Shown: one piece after another, positions 37,788-47,782 of the stretch
Layout: each line of letters starts with the position of its first letter
Position numbering within the stretch: the first letter of the stretch is position 1
Virus record (IMG/VR): IMGVR_UViG_3300031576_000004
Location: 1-64,000 of that record
DNA: 64,000 nucleotides
Reading direction: 5' to 3' (one strand)
From: a virus
Made by a program: the position numbers and the translations under genes
Notes under the pieces: model-generated
The model's database searches: none
Seen by the model: only the letters and a program-made list of their open reading frames with translations
What the model was told of the DNA's origin: nothing

Positions 37788-38066
37788 CCTGCAAATTCCG
37801 TTGCCAGAACTGCAGATCAGAGTGGGAGCAGGATAAGCCTGGGATGACCCATTGTCAGAAGTGCCAGAGTCTGTATTGCGACTGGGTTAACTACGAGGAG
37901 GTACGCCATGGGCAAGGTGACGCTTTATCTGCAAGTGCGGGCGTAGAGACACAATAGAGTTGTGCTCCTGGGAGTCCTTCATGGACGAACTCGAGTGCTC
38001 GTGGTGTTTCGCTGCAAGGATCCAAGCTGAAATCGATAAACAACACAATGAAAAGGAGAACACAAA

Positions 38067-38423
38067 ATGAGCGCTGACAATGGCCACTACATTCTCGATT
38101 GTCCTTCTGCTGACGGAAAGGCTCGAGAGTATCGAGTCGCTCACGCCATGGCCATCGAGAACATCTACTGGTGGCCGCTGCCGGGGAAGTTCTTCAAGAG
38201 CGGTCATCCAGCCTCGGAAGAGCGCAACGAGATCTGTCCAGAAGTTCTCGTCGAGTACTTTGGGAGAGCCGTGGTTATCTCCGATAAGGCCGGAGCACTC
38301 CTAAAGGCATCTGAGATGGAAGACGAGTGCCTCAGCTCTTGCGGGTTCGGGTCAGAATACGGCATATCGTTCATCAAATACGATAAGCCGTTTCCTGTGG
38401 CGCAACCACAAACCACTCCATAG
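38067..38423 (+). CDS. Hypothetical phage protein
   Basis: MSADNG...EYRVAH...EYGI; AAAGGAG RBS. Confidence 0.75.
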   Translation: MSADNGHYILDCPSADGKAREYRVAHAMAIENIYWWPLPGKFFKSGHPASEERNEICPEVLVEYFGRAVVISDKAGALLKASEMEDECLSSCGFGSEYGISFIKYDKPFPVAQPQTTP

Positions 38424-38448
38424 TCTAGCTGACTAGATTACGGATAAG

Positions 38449-38488
38449 GCGGGGTGGAGACTTAACCGTCTCCCCCCGCTGATTTTTA
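38449..38488 (+). terminator. Intrinsic terminator
   Basis: GCGGGGTGGAGAC...GTCTCCCCCCGC then TTTTT. Confidence 0.6.
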
Positions 38489-38503
38489 CATAGGAGAAAT
38501 GAT

Positions 38504-39160
38504 GTGGAACAAGAAGATCTAACATTCGAAGACCTGCCACATAAGTTGCGACAATACCAGAACGACAAGGCATGTTCTTTCTGTAAGGGCAAATGCTGCA
38601 AGACAATGCCTGGGATCACACACCCAACCGATTGGGGCGCACCAAATAAAAGAGAAATGCTATCGCGCCTAAAAGCCGCGTTTATAAGCGGCCGTTGGGC
38701 GCTCGACTGGTGGGAGGGCGATCCTAGATACGATAATCATCTCGATGCTCCAAATAACTCAAATAGTGTTACCTACTTCGTTCGTCCTGCAGTTAAGAAC
38801 AAAGAGGGCGAGATGAAACATGCCTCATGGGGAGGCGAGTGCACCTTTTTAACTATGGGTGGGTGCTCCCTAGAACACGATGATCGCCCAACGGAATGCA
38901 GAGCTCTGGAGCCGAACCAGAAGGTCTTCACAGATAAGACAGTCGGCTGCATATCAAAGCTTGGCGAAAAGAAAGAATTCACCATAGAGTGGCTCCCTTA
39001 TCAAAAGGTCGTTAAGGAAGCAATCTCTCAGGCAGAGGGAAGCTTGATCGATACTCCTACAATAGATTATGTCAGAGAGGCAGCCAGAGATCGGGTTAGA
39101 TTTAATAGGGGGAAAGAAGTCAATGACAGCACCAGGGATACTGCCACTAATAACGCCTGA
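38504..39160 (+). CDS. YkgJ/UPF0153-like cysteine-cluster protein
   Basis: CSFCKGKCC...CTFL...CSL...RPTECR. Confidence 0.75.
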   Translation: MEQEDLTFEDLPHKLRQYQNDKACSFCKGKCCKTMPGITHPTDWGAPNKREMLSRLKAAFISGRWALDWWEGDPRYDNHLDAPNNSNSVTYFVRPAVKNKEGEMKHASWGGECTFLTMGGCSLEHDDRPTECRALEPNQKVFTDKTVGCISKLGEKKEFTIEWLPYQKVVKEAISQAEGSLIDTPTIDYVREAARDRVRFNRGKEVNDSTRDTATNNA

Positions 39161-39425
39161 GCTTGAGCTTCCGGATGAACTTGTTTTCGTCGATTGCGAA
39201 ATAAGAGATTTTTTCAAAGGCAAGCCTTACGTCTATGGAATCCCGACAATGGTCCAACTAAACAAAAACATGAAGACGTTGCTCGATCCATACGGTCACG
39301 ACAGCATGATATCTCGCCTTAGAGAGTTGACGCAGCAAATAGGCCAGCTGCGTCGTGATCTAGCTACGGTAAACGGCTCCGTTAACAAACTCTTAAAACC
39401 ACAAGAACATCAGGAGAGCATATGA
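39069..39425 (+). CDS. Hypothetical protein
   Basis: ORF; start may be at MTAPG. Confidence 0.6.
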   Translation: MSERQPEIGLDLIGGKKSMTAPGILPLITPELELPDELVFVDCEIRDFFKGKPYVYGIPTMVQLNKNMKTLLDPYGHDSMISRLRELTQQIGQLRRDLATVNGSVNKLLKPQEHQESI

Positions 39426-39979
39426 ACTGCATTAATTGCGGAAACGAATTCGACGAGAGCTTGCTATATAAAGTCCAGCCAGAAAATAGCACGCAGAGGT
39501 GGTGTGTCGTATGTGGTGCCAAGGAAGAAGCCCGAAGCGCAGAAGACGACGGTCTAATCAGCTCCGATAAGCGCATTCGGCCCGCCCGCTATAGGCTAGA
39601 CAGTGCTCTGTGGAAGAAGAACGACTACGACAACAAGCCCGCAAGAGCAACAAAGCTAGATTCAGCGGTGGGGCAGAAGAAGGTCCATCCAAAGGCGCAG
39701 GCTGGGCAGATCACAATCCAAATGCCGCAGCTATCTGCCGGCGCAATGAAGACAATACAAAAGCAACAGACTCAGGCCGCGGTTGCTGCGCAGACAACCA
39801 TTGCTAACGAAGATGTTGTTGCCAAGCTCGCCGCAATCGCGAAGCTTGTTTATCGCGTCTACCAGCAGGAAGAGAGTGATGGAACCGATCACGGCTCAGA
39901 CACAGTCGAGGCCATGGAAGGCGTTAAGGATCTGTACCAGGACGCAACTGGAGAAGAGCTTGACTTCGATAGAATATAA
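39422..39979 (+). CDS. Zinc-finger protein upstream of the array
   Basis: CINC...CVVC; AGGAG RBS. Confidence 0.75.
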   Translation: MNCINCGNEFDESLLYKVQPENSTQRWCVVCGAKEEARSAEDDGLISSDKRIRPARYRLDSALWKKNDYDNKPARATKLDSAVGQKKVHPKAQAGQITIQMPQLSAGAMKTIQKQQTQAAVAAQTTIANEDVVAKLAAIAKLVYRVYQQEESDGTDHGSDTVEAMEGVKDLYQDATGEELDFDRI

Positions 39980-39989
39980 GTGATATAAG
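39975..39989 (+). promoter_or_regulatory. Tandem TATAAG promoter-like elements before the array
   Basis: TATAAG at 39975 and 39984; the second ends about 8 nt before the first array unit. Confidence 0.5.
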
Positions 39990-39996
39990 TTCTTCC

Positions 39997-41411
39997 AGCA
40001 TAGCCAAGCAATACATACTCAAACCGAGCAGCAAAACAGAACAGTACCGGCCCTGACGCAGCAGCTTGACGTAATGGCTCCCCATCCGATTTAGCAGCTA
40101 CATCCGACACGGCTACACGACATCGCACTGAGCAGCGAGACCAGATATCATATTCACCCGACCTCATGGAGCAGTGCGACGAAACGGAATGCGATTGATC
40201 CCCATATGACGTAGCGGCGGGACGTAATGAGATTAAACCGAATGAAGCACTACCGCATGGAGCAGCTACACTTCACCCGACTTCGCGACGCGATATGGAG
40301 CAGCGACACACCATTTCGTGACTCGTAATCGAACGTGATACAGCAGCAAGGCGAGACAACATGGTATTGAGACGTTATATAGCAGCGACGCGAGACGCGG
40401 CACGACGGGGTTACGCCAGATGAAGCAGCATCACGACATAAGACGAGACAAAGATTTCACGAGATGTAGCAGTTACACCTCATCCGATGCGCCGAGACGA
40501 GATCCAGCAGCTACGCAAGACCAAACCTCACGGGATAACATGCATTTAAAGCGGCTAAACCCCACCACGCCACATTCTATGCAATTGAATGACATGCATT
40601 CATAGCAGCGAGCTCCTACACCATCCAACTTTATGGGACGCCACGCCCTGTCATAAAGCAGCAAGACGTCACGGGACTTGATTTCGTATCATCCCATGGA
40701 GCAGCAAGATAAGACCGCTCAGCACGTAAGTTTCATGAAGCAGCAAGACGACATTACATATACTCCTTATCCAGCAGCATCATACGGCTACACTGGACGA
40801 GACCTAATGTGACGTAGCAGCGTAACGCCATGTTCCCGCACCGTATTAAACGTAGCAGCGAGATTACACCGGACCGGATTTCATAAGACGAAGCGGCAAG
40901 GCAAGACCACACCAGATCAGTTACCATGAAGCGGCACAGCACAACCTGACGAGATGACCCACATTCTCACAAGATACATTCGTAGCGGCATCATAATGCT
41001 GGACGACACATCTCAAGATGCAGCAGCAAAATGACACACCCTTTGACGAAGCAGCGAGCCATGACCAGATGTTCCCGAATATAGGCCTAGCGGCTACATA
41101 TGACGACATACGGCACAGCAAAGCAGCTTCACGACACGAGGCGCGGTCAGACAAGATCTAGCAGCAACATAACACTACTCTGGACTTAATATGATGAAGC
41201 AGCAAGATCCGGCACGACCTCTAGTTACAATACTTGATGCAGCAGCATGACGAGTCGAAATCGGCATAAGATGGCACAGGATGAAGCAGCCAGACGAGGC
41301 GAGACTGAGGCACGGCTACACGGCATGAAGCAGCTACACACAATAGAATCCCACGATGCTCGATAAATTCATAGCAGCAGGACGAGACACCACTACATTT
41401 CATGGAGCGGC
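39997..41411 (+). repeat. Pentamer-phased array: AGCAGC anchors with unique NN-(G/C)AY spacers; candidate non-coding guide-RNA array
   Basis: 35 AGC(A/G)G(C/T) anchors from 40027 to 41406; all 34 spacings are 5n+3 or 5n+4 (28-54 nt); no credible ORF. Confidence 0.9.
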
Positions 41412-41414
41412 TAA

Positions 41415-41624
41415 ATGAAAACAAAGTATAAGAAGAAAGACACGAAGGTCCTTGTGGACCTTCTCAGTCTGGTCAGCTGTTCTGTTTCAGAGGGATTCCT
41501 AAATACCCTGACACAAGCGCAACGCGATGAGGCTGACAAGTGGGCATGGCGAGAGCATATGGTCGCAAGCGATCACAGAGAATTAAAGAGACTTCAAAGA
41601 CCCGCATTCCTTCCAAAGGGGTAA
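41415..41624 (+). CDS. Hypothetical protein
   Basis: ATG right after the last anchor (GGAG as RBS). Confidence 0.6.
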   Translation: MKTKYKKKDTKVLVDLLSLVSCSVSEGFLNTLTQAQRDEADKWAWREHMVASDHRELKRLQRPAFLPKG

Positions 41625-41813
41625 CACATGAAGGGCAACGATATGATCCCAAGGAAATCTGGCCTTAAAGACAGGTCTGTTGGATGGGGTGGCCAAAAGT
41701 GTCCATGCTGCAAGGTCAGCTCTGCTGTAATGAAGCTAGAACACCGGCGCATTCGCAGGATCCTAAAGCAGGGCACTAGGAACACGAACCCATACGTTGG
41801 CGAGATGTAATCA

Positions 41814-41824
41814 GGTATAAGGAC
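41814..41824 (+). promoter_or_regulatory. Phage promoter-like motif GGTATAAGGAC
   Basis: Immediately before ATG 41827, possibly leaderless. Confidence 0.6.
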
Positions 41825-41826
41825 TT

Positions 41827-42111
41827 ATGAAGAAATCCATAGCTAAAAAAGTGGACCATCCAGCCCATTACAACGCTGGGAAGATCGAGGTTATCGACGC
41901 TATTGAGTCCTGGGGCCTTGGCTTCCACCTAGGCAACGTCGTAAAATACGTAGCCAGAGCCAGGCACAAAGATAATTACCTAGAGGATATTCTGAAGGCC
42001 AATTGGTACCTTGAGCGCGCCATTAACAAAGAGTTAAAAGAAGAGAAAACATGGGGGAAAGCCTTCGCCGAAAGGAAATGCCGTGACCGCAAAGCTAGGC
42101 GCAGAACATAA
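41827..42111 (+). CDS. DUF3310 (SaV/T7 gp1.7-like) protein
   Basis: VDHPAHYN...IEVIDAI...GNVVKYVARA..K...EDILKANWYL. Confidence 0.88.
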   Translation: MKKSIAKKVDHPAHYNAGKIEVIDAIESWGLGFHLGNVVKYVARARHKDNYLEDILKANWYLERAINKELKEEKTWGKAFAERKCRDRKARRRT

Positions 42112-42448
42112 ATTTACCAAGCTACGCGGAGAACTCAGGAAGATGGATCCTAACCTGGATCCAAAGTCTGAGGACTTCAAGATGGCAGCCACCCTTCTCG
42201 CCTCAGCTGTTGTAGGCCCTAATGTGGGCCGGCTGAAGGCATTCACGAGGTACCCACTTGGATTACTTAAAAAGGTTTCTACTAGAATGCGTGAAAACGG
42301 TATTTTTGTTAAGGGCAAGTTACATGTCGAGTGGCTTGAGAAAGAGACTGGTGGCATCGCGTTTTGGCTCGATGTCGCTTGCGCCAAAGGCTATATTGCG
42401 AGGTCTACAGGAGACAATGGGAAAAAACAAATCTCAGCCAAAGCTTAG
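42083..42448 (+). CDS. Hypothetical protein
   Basis: ORF in gene chain. Confidence 0.65.
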   Translation: MTAKLGAEHKFTKLRGELRKMDPNLDPKSEDFKMAATLLASAVVGPNVGRLKAFTRYPLGLLKKVSTRMRENGIFVKGKLHVEWLEKETGGIAFWLDVACAKGYIARSTGDNGKKQISAKA

Positions 42449-42746
42449 CTTCGATCAAATAGTGTTTCAGGAATTGGTGAGGAAATGGCAGAGCGAGATC
42501 GCTGTCATGTCCTTCGAGGATCAGAAACATCCTCTATTCCAGAAGATCGTTGGATACGGGCCTAAGGCTATTCCGTGGCTGTTCCAAGAATTAAGGGAAC
42601 GCCGGAGCCATAGACTTATAGCGCCACTATGGTTCTTGTTAGAGAAACGGAAGCAATTCGTTCAGGTTCCAGCAGAAGAGCAAGGGATTGTGAATGTAAT
42701 GGTTAATCGTTACGTAGACTGGGGTAAAGCCAACGGATATCTATGA
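42417..42746 (+). CDS. Hypothetical protein
   Basis: AGGAG RBS; HPLFQKIVGYG.KAIPWL...WGKANGY. Confidence 0.65.
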   Translation: MGKNKSQPKLSFDQIVFQELVRKWQSEIAVMSFEDQKHPLFQKIVGYGPKAIPWLFQELRERRSHRLIAPLWFLLEKRKQFVQVPAEEQGIVNVMVNRYVDWGKANGYL

Positions 42747-42759
42747 GGATGACAACCCA

Positions 42760-45394
42760 ATGGAACACAACAATATAATCCTATGCCAAGCGACAAGAGT
42801 GAGTCGCCCAAGGGTGGCCGGATCTATCACGGCGAAATGTGATGATTGCTCTGAAGATGTATGGATCTCCTCAGCCGTAAAAGAAGCTGCAGAAAGCATT
42901 GGTAATTCCAAGATCGTATGCATCGGATGTGGCTTTCTTCTTATGATTAAAGATGACGGATCCGAAAAGGCGATCGTCACACCAGAGCAGTCTTCAATTA
43001 ACGCTTTTATTAGAAGAAAGAGGGCCGACAATAACTCTCCTTTCAGCAACATCAGCAATATCAGCAATAATAGAAACAATAGCTAATCCAAGATATCCAT
43101 TGCTTACTCTACTTACTCTGTGTAATATCCCGTCCGTGTTTAAACCTCTTTTGAAAGGGCAGTTGTTTCTTACATGCATGCAGAGAACGAAAAGCTACGC
43201 AAGGAATGCGCGGACCTACACAGACAGCTTGAAAAGGCTCGGCACGAGATCGACAAACTCCATCTGGAGATCTGTGATCATCGGCAGATCATAATCAGGC
43301 TAGAGGGGCAGCTTTCAAGCCACATGCCGATTATGGTTCCAAGGCCAACAGACGCTGACTTTCGGCCGGCAGTAATGCTGGCCTAGGAGCTCTAATGTTT
43401 AATGTGACCGAAAGGCTCGCTGCCATCGAGCTATCCAAGAAGGCAGCGCCTGAGGATGTTCGTTGGCTAATAGACACGATAAAAGAAGTCAGTGCGGACA
43501 ACGCAAAGCTGGCCTCTGCGTTAGATAAATGGCAAAACCCACATAGCGAGGCATGGGATGCCCCAGAACCTAAAAAACGAGATTCGTGATCAGATACGCG
43601 ACGCCTTCCTAGAAGGGCTTACAAGTGGGGGACTGCTGTCTCTCAGAGTCCATTCAAACTTTGCACACCCAGAGGCAGAGGCAATACTAGAGAAATACGG
43701 CTGCATCTGGCGTTACATTGGCCTTGGGCCACCCATGGGAGTTAATACATCCGATGTGCTCCCCCTGTGGCTGGATGACCCACTGCCAATGATTGAAAGC
43801 GTTCAGAAGCAAGGGATGCGAATGACGCTGGATCTATATCTCTACACAGCAAATAATGTTGGCGTTATAACTAATGTTTGGCCTGCAGACGGACCACCAA
43901 TATTGGCATCATGAAAGGAACAACATGAAATATGAAGTAAGTGTCACAAAGTACCCAGAGCTCGACGAAAAAAAGGGCAAGGGGAAAACATGGGTCGTAG
44001 AGGCCCCAGACAAGTTCCAGGCTGGCATCTGGCTTGAGAAACAGCTGGCTGCTCTTGGCCTGGATCCTGCTGGCGGGAAGCACCATGTAGAGGTCTTTAT
44101 GCCAGAGCTAAAGGAGCCCGCCAATGAAGTTTGAGATCAGTCTGGACGCAATCATAACCCTGTCTATTGCATCGCTCTTGTGCCTAGCTGTCTATGGGTG
44201 CACAAGCGTCTATGTTACTCGCGAGGCCAACAATCCTGGCCACGTGGCTGCAGAAACAAAGTCGGTCTACGGAAAATGACTTTCGTAGATCCGATGGATC
44301 GCGCCACATACCGCAAGAGAGCTGGAAAGCATCAGTGCAATATCGCGATTGATAATATGGAAGGCTCTGGGCACTGCGGAATAGAGCTCTACTGCTCTCT
44401 CTGCCAAAAGAGATACACCAAGCAAAACAGGAGAATCGGGAGCATTCTCACGATAATCCAAAAGCACAACGAATGGAAAGGTGGAGAACGCGTGAAACAT
44501 GAATTCAGAATGCTCCTGAATGTAAAATGAAGAAAAAGAAACCCTACGAAATCCGCCTTAACGATGACGGATCCCTAGATGAAATTGTTGCCAAGAACGC
44601 CAATGTCCACCTAGAGCAAATGAGCAATAACAGCTGGATCCTTCTTATCGATACGGGCAAGAAACATATCCAGGTATCTCTATACACAAAGGGCAGAGCA
44701 GCTATCCATGCCTTCGCAGAAGAAGATTCCTGATAGGTTCAAAATCGGAGATGTCGTCCGATTAAATCCAAAAAAAGTCAGTGCTCAGACCGTTATCGAG
44801 AAATGGGGAGAATACTGGCAGGTTGTTAATTTGCAGCTGCTGCACAAGCGAAACAAGCACGTCGCCCTGGCAATCACTGATCTAGAGCTGACGCTTTCCC
44901 CATTCACTATGGACAAGAAACAACCAAACGCCAAGCGCGTGCCAAAGAAGCCGCAGCACCCATTCATAGGGATAAAAGAAATGGATGACTACGATTTTGA
45001 TATCGTTGATCTGTGGTGTTTCATGATGCCTATAACGAATGCGGAGGGATAAATGAGCGAGATTAGATATCTCGAGGACCCAGACATCATGGCCGCAGAG
45101 GCCGTCAAAAAGGCCCTTCTGAGCGATCCAAACGCCACCCTGAGCACTTTGATCATCCAGACAAGGAGAGAGGCTAGAAAGCAGCTTCTTGACTCAATGC
45201 TATGGGAAATTAGCGATAGGTATGACGGCTGGGACAAACCACATGTTGGAGACGAGCGATTTAGAAGCGCTGGACGCCAGGCTCTGTCTGGCCTATTCCA
45301 CCACTTTTGGAGACACCCAAAGGCCGATGAACTTGTCCTCGGCGAGAAGCTAATTGATCCAGGAAAGCATTATATGCACGGGCTGTTCTATTAA
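42760..45394 (+). other. Cluster of about 9 small hypothetical ORFs (e.g. 42760-43086, 43174-43386, 43558-43914, 44527-44733, 44708-45052, 45053-45394)
   Basis: Tightly packed, often overlapping co-directional ORFs. Confidence 0.6.
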
Positions 45395-45693
45395 TGGTTC
45401 ACAGTAAGAGCCAGAGCAGGTCCAAGCAATACCCAGAGAAGGTCTACGACGTTTGGCTTAGAGAGAAAGGTATCTGCTGGTTATGCCAATTAAAGGTGCC
45501 ATTTAAGACCGCTATTCACGGTCTGCGCCCAACCAGAGAGCATGTTAGACAGGCCAGAGATGGCGGATCTAATATGCCCGAGAATATCAAGCTTACGCAC
45601 CTGTCGTGCAACTCAATGCGCGACCATTACTCAGATTACGAAATGAGAGACAAAATTAGAGCCCTCGCTGCTCACAGCGGGACGGAGGTTTAA
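45394..45693 (+). CDS. HNH endonuclease
   Basis: CWLC...TREHVRQARDGGSN...NIKLTHLSCN. Confidence 0.85.
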   Translation: MVHSKSQSRSKQYPEKVYDVWLREKGICWLCQLKVPFKTAIHGLRPTREHVRQARDGGSNMPENIKLTHLSCNSMRDHYSDYEMRDKIRALAAHSGTEV

Positions 45694-45696
45694 CCA

Positions 45697-45978
45697 ATGA
45701 TTAAAGTTAAGTTTGATGGATACGCCTTTGGCGAAAGAACGCTTGAGGGAATGTCCTTCATCGGCGAAGTCGATGATAAGGGCAAGATCAAAAAGGTATA
45801 CGTTGCCCCTGCCGATGACGGCGACTATTGGCAGGAACAGAATACGAAGCTCTGGCTGAAGAGGGCAGAAGAGCACCTAGAACACATCCTGGAAGAAGGA
45901 TTCCAAGGAGATCCAGACATAACTGTAAAACAGGCCATTGAAGAAATGATTGACGTTGGAGAATTGGAAGCAGCATGA
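45697..45978 (+). CDS. Hypothetical protein
   Basis: GGAGG RBS. Confidence 0.65.
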   Translation: MIKVKFDGYAFGERTLEGMSFIGEVDDKGKIKKVYVAPADDGDYWQEQNTKLWLKRAEEHLEHILEEGFQGDPDITVKQAIEEMIDVGELEAA

Positions 45979-46244
45979 GACCCGAAGTAGCCTGGTTCGC
46001 TGAACAGATGGAAAAGAAACTTCTAGCCAACGATCATAAAGGCGGCTGGGACAAGATGTCCTATGAAGAGTTAAAGTCTCGCCTCATTGAGGAGACTGGC
46101 GAACTCATCGGAGCTCTATACAGCAAGGATCCAAAACGCATTATCGACGAGGCTACAGACGTTGCTAACTTCTGCATGTTCATCAGTGATGTAGCCAAAA
46201 AGACAGAAGGGGAAGGCAATGAAGCTAACCAAGAAGAATCTTGA
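45975..46244 (+). CDS. MazG-like all-alpha NTP pyrophosphatase-like protein
   Basis: LIEETGEL...DEATDVANF. Confidence 0.65.
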   Translation: MRPEVAWFAEQMEKKLLANDHKGGWDKMSYEELKSRLIEETGELIGALYSKDPKRIIDEATDVANFCMFISDVAKKTEGEGNEANQEES

Positions 46245-46416
46245 GGCATATCTCGATAAGCGTATTGGCATCCTAGAGAGACAGATCGGCAAGATCGAAG
46301 ATGTAATGGGCGATGACGATCAGGACTTTAGAGCCTGCGAAAACGAGAGAGACACAAAACAATTGCTGGTAGACGAACTCAGGACTATCAGCACAAAATT
46401 CACATGTGGAGATTAA

Positions 46417-46917
46417 ATGCCAAGAGAGCCAAAAAAGCCAAGACCGCTAGACGCTAACGGAGATCCGGTATTTACGAAGGAAGAGCTCGCTAAAATATAT
46501 AAGGCAGAGCTGGATGATGTTCTGCCAGACTGGCCATTCTCAAAGAAAGACCTCGCCGAGATCGATGCCGACATGGGCGGCGGATGTCTTCACATGATCG
46601 GCGAACTCTTGGGAACTATGGAATGCAAACACGGCTTAGGAGCCCATAAAGACTCAACTCCAGCCATGATGTACCCAGAGTGGATCGTATGCTGCGTGCG
46701 TAAGGCCCTTGAGAAGCAGCGCGAAAGAGATGCTGATGCAGCCAAGTTTTACGCTCTTGGCGTTTCAATTGCATGCAAAGATGAAGCACTGAAGTCAAAA
46801 TTCGAGATTATGGCGCTAGCGTTGAAGGCGCATATAACGGGACAGTCGCTACATCCAGATTACATCCCAAAGCCAAAGGTTAAAAACAATGAACAAGCCC
46901 CAGCTATCGGAGGCTAA
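46417..46917 (+). CDS. Hypothetical protein
   Basis: 166-aa ORF. Confidence 0.65.
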   Translation: MPREPKKPRPLDANGDPVFTKEELAKIYKAELDDVLPDWPFSKKDLAEIDADMGGGCLHMIGELLGTMECKHGLGAHKDSTPAMMYPEWIVCCVRKALEKQRERDADAAKFYALGVSIACKDEALKSKFEIMALALKAHITGQSLHPDYIPKPKVKNNEQAPAIGG

Positions 46918-47073
46918 TGTACGAGCCATCCTTGGCTACGCTGTAGCTGCCAGGGATCAGAAGCTGAGATATATCACACACAAGAATATCGAACTTCTCT
47001 GTCGTGAAGTTCTAGAATCACGAGGCGTTAACGCTGAGACAGCCGCAGAACGCTTCTGGAAGGAAGGTAGAAA

Positions 47074-47649
47074 ATGTCGATCATCGTAGTAGACGTAGAG
47101 TCCGACGGGCCTATCCCTGGCAAAGACCATTTCTCCATGGTGTGCCTTGGAGCTGTCTTATTGGACGAGAAGCTTGATAAGACCTTCTATGGCCAGATGA
47201 GGCCAATCTCTGATAAGTGGGATCCAGAAGCTTTGGCCATATCTGGGTTCACCAGGGAGCAGCATCTAACCTTCCCAGATCCGCAATTGACCATGCAGCA
47301 GTTTGCTACGTGGATTCAGGTTAATAGCATAAAGCATCCTGTCTTTATTGCTGATAACCCAGCTTACGATTTCGCCTGGGTTAATTGGTACTTCCATGCA
47401 TTCTATGGATCTAATCCATTCGGTTACTCTGGCCGACGGATTGCTGATCTATGGTGTGGAATGCAGAAGGATATGCATGCCAAATGGAAGCACCTCAGAC
47501 AAACTCGTCATTCTCATAATCCAGTCGACGATGCCCGCGGGAACGCTGAGGCCTTGCTTGAAATGCAGAGGCTCGGCTTGAACTTCGACAGGAAGGCTAA
47601 GGCAGCATCCAGCACCAGCATCGCTGCTGGTATCGCTAGCCCAGGCTAG
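47074..47649 (+). CDS. DEDDh 3'-5' exonuclease
   Basis: VDVESDG, ADNPAYD, HSHNPVDDA. Confidence 0.9.
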   Translation: MSIIVVDVESDGPIPGKDHFSMVCLGAVLLDEKLDKTFYGQMRPISDKWDPEALAISGFTREQHLTFPDPQLTMQQFATWIQVNSIKHPVFIADNPAYDFAWVNWYFHAFYGSNPFGYSGRRIADLWCGMQKDMHAKWKHLRQTRHSHNPVDDARGNAEALLEMQRLGLNFDRKAKAASSTSIAAGIASPG

Positions 47650-47782
47650 AACTCAGAGCAATTAAAGACCAGCGCCTTGCATTGTTCACAACGAACTTTG
47701 CACTGTGCGCTGGTCAGCTTGGTAGATCCACATACTGGGCATGTGGTATCAACCTTAGCCTTATAATCTGTATTTTCTTTAG

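Noticed and set aside
39997-41411. CRISPR array
   Set aside because: The constant element is only 6 nt, spacers have internal 5-nt periodicity rather than captured sequence, and no cas genes are recognisable.
39997-41411. TIGR-type array or simple microsatellite
   Set aside because: Unit length varies from 28 to 54 nt in steps of 5 rather than being constant, no Nop-domain gene is seen, and adjacent pentamers are not copies of each other.
39889-41424. Short ORFs inside the array (e.g. 40420-40605 +, 40473-40664 -, 40921-41154 -)
   Set aside because: They lack RBSs, have odd composition, and 5-nt phasing is not explained by codon structure.
43044-43083. AGCAAC/AGCAAT short repeat resembling the array anchor
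   Set aside because: 9-nt period encoding SNISNISNN inside an ORF; unrelated to the pentamer array.
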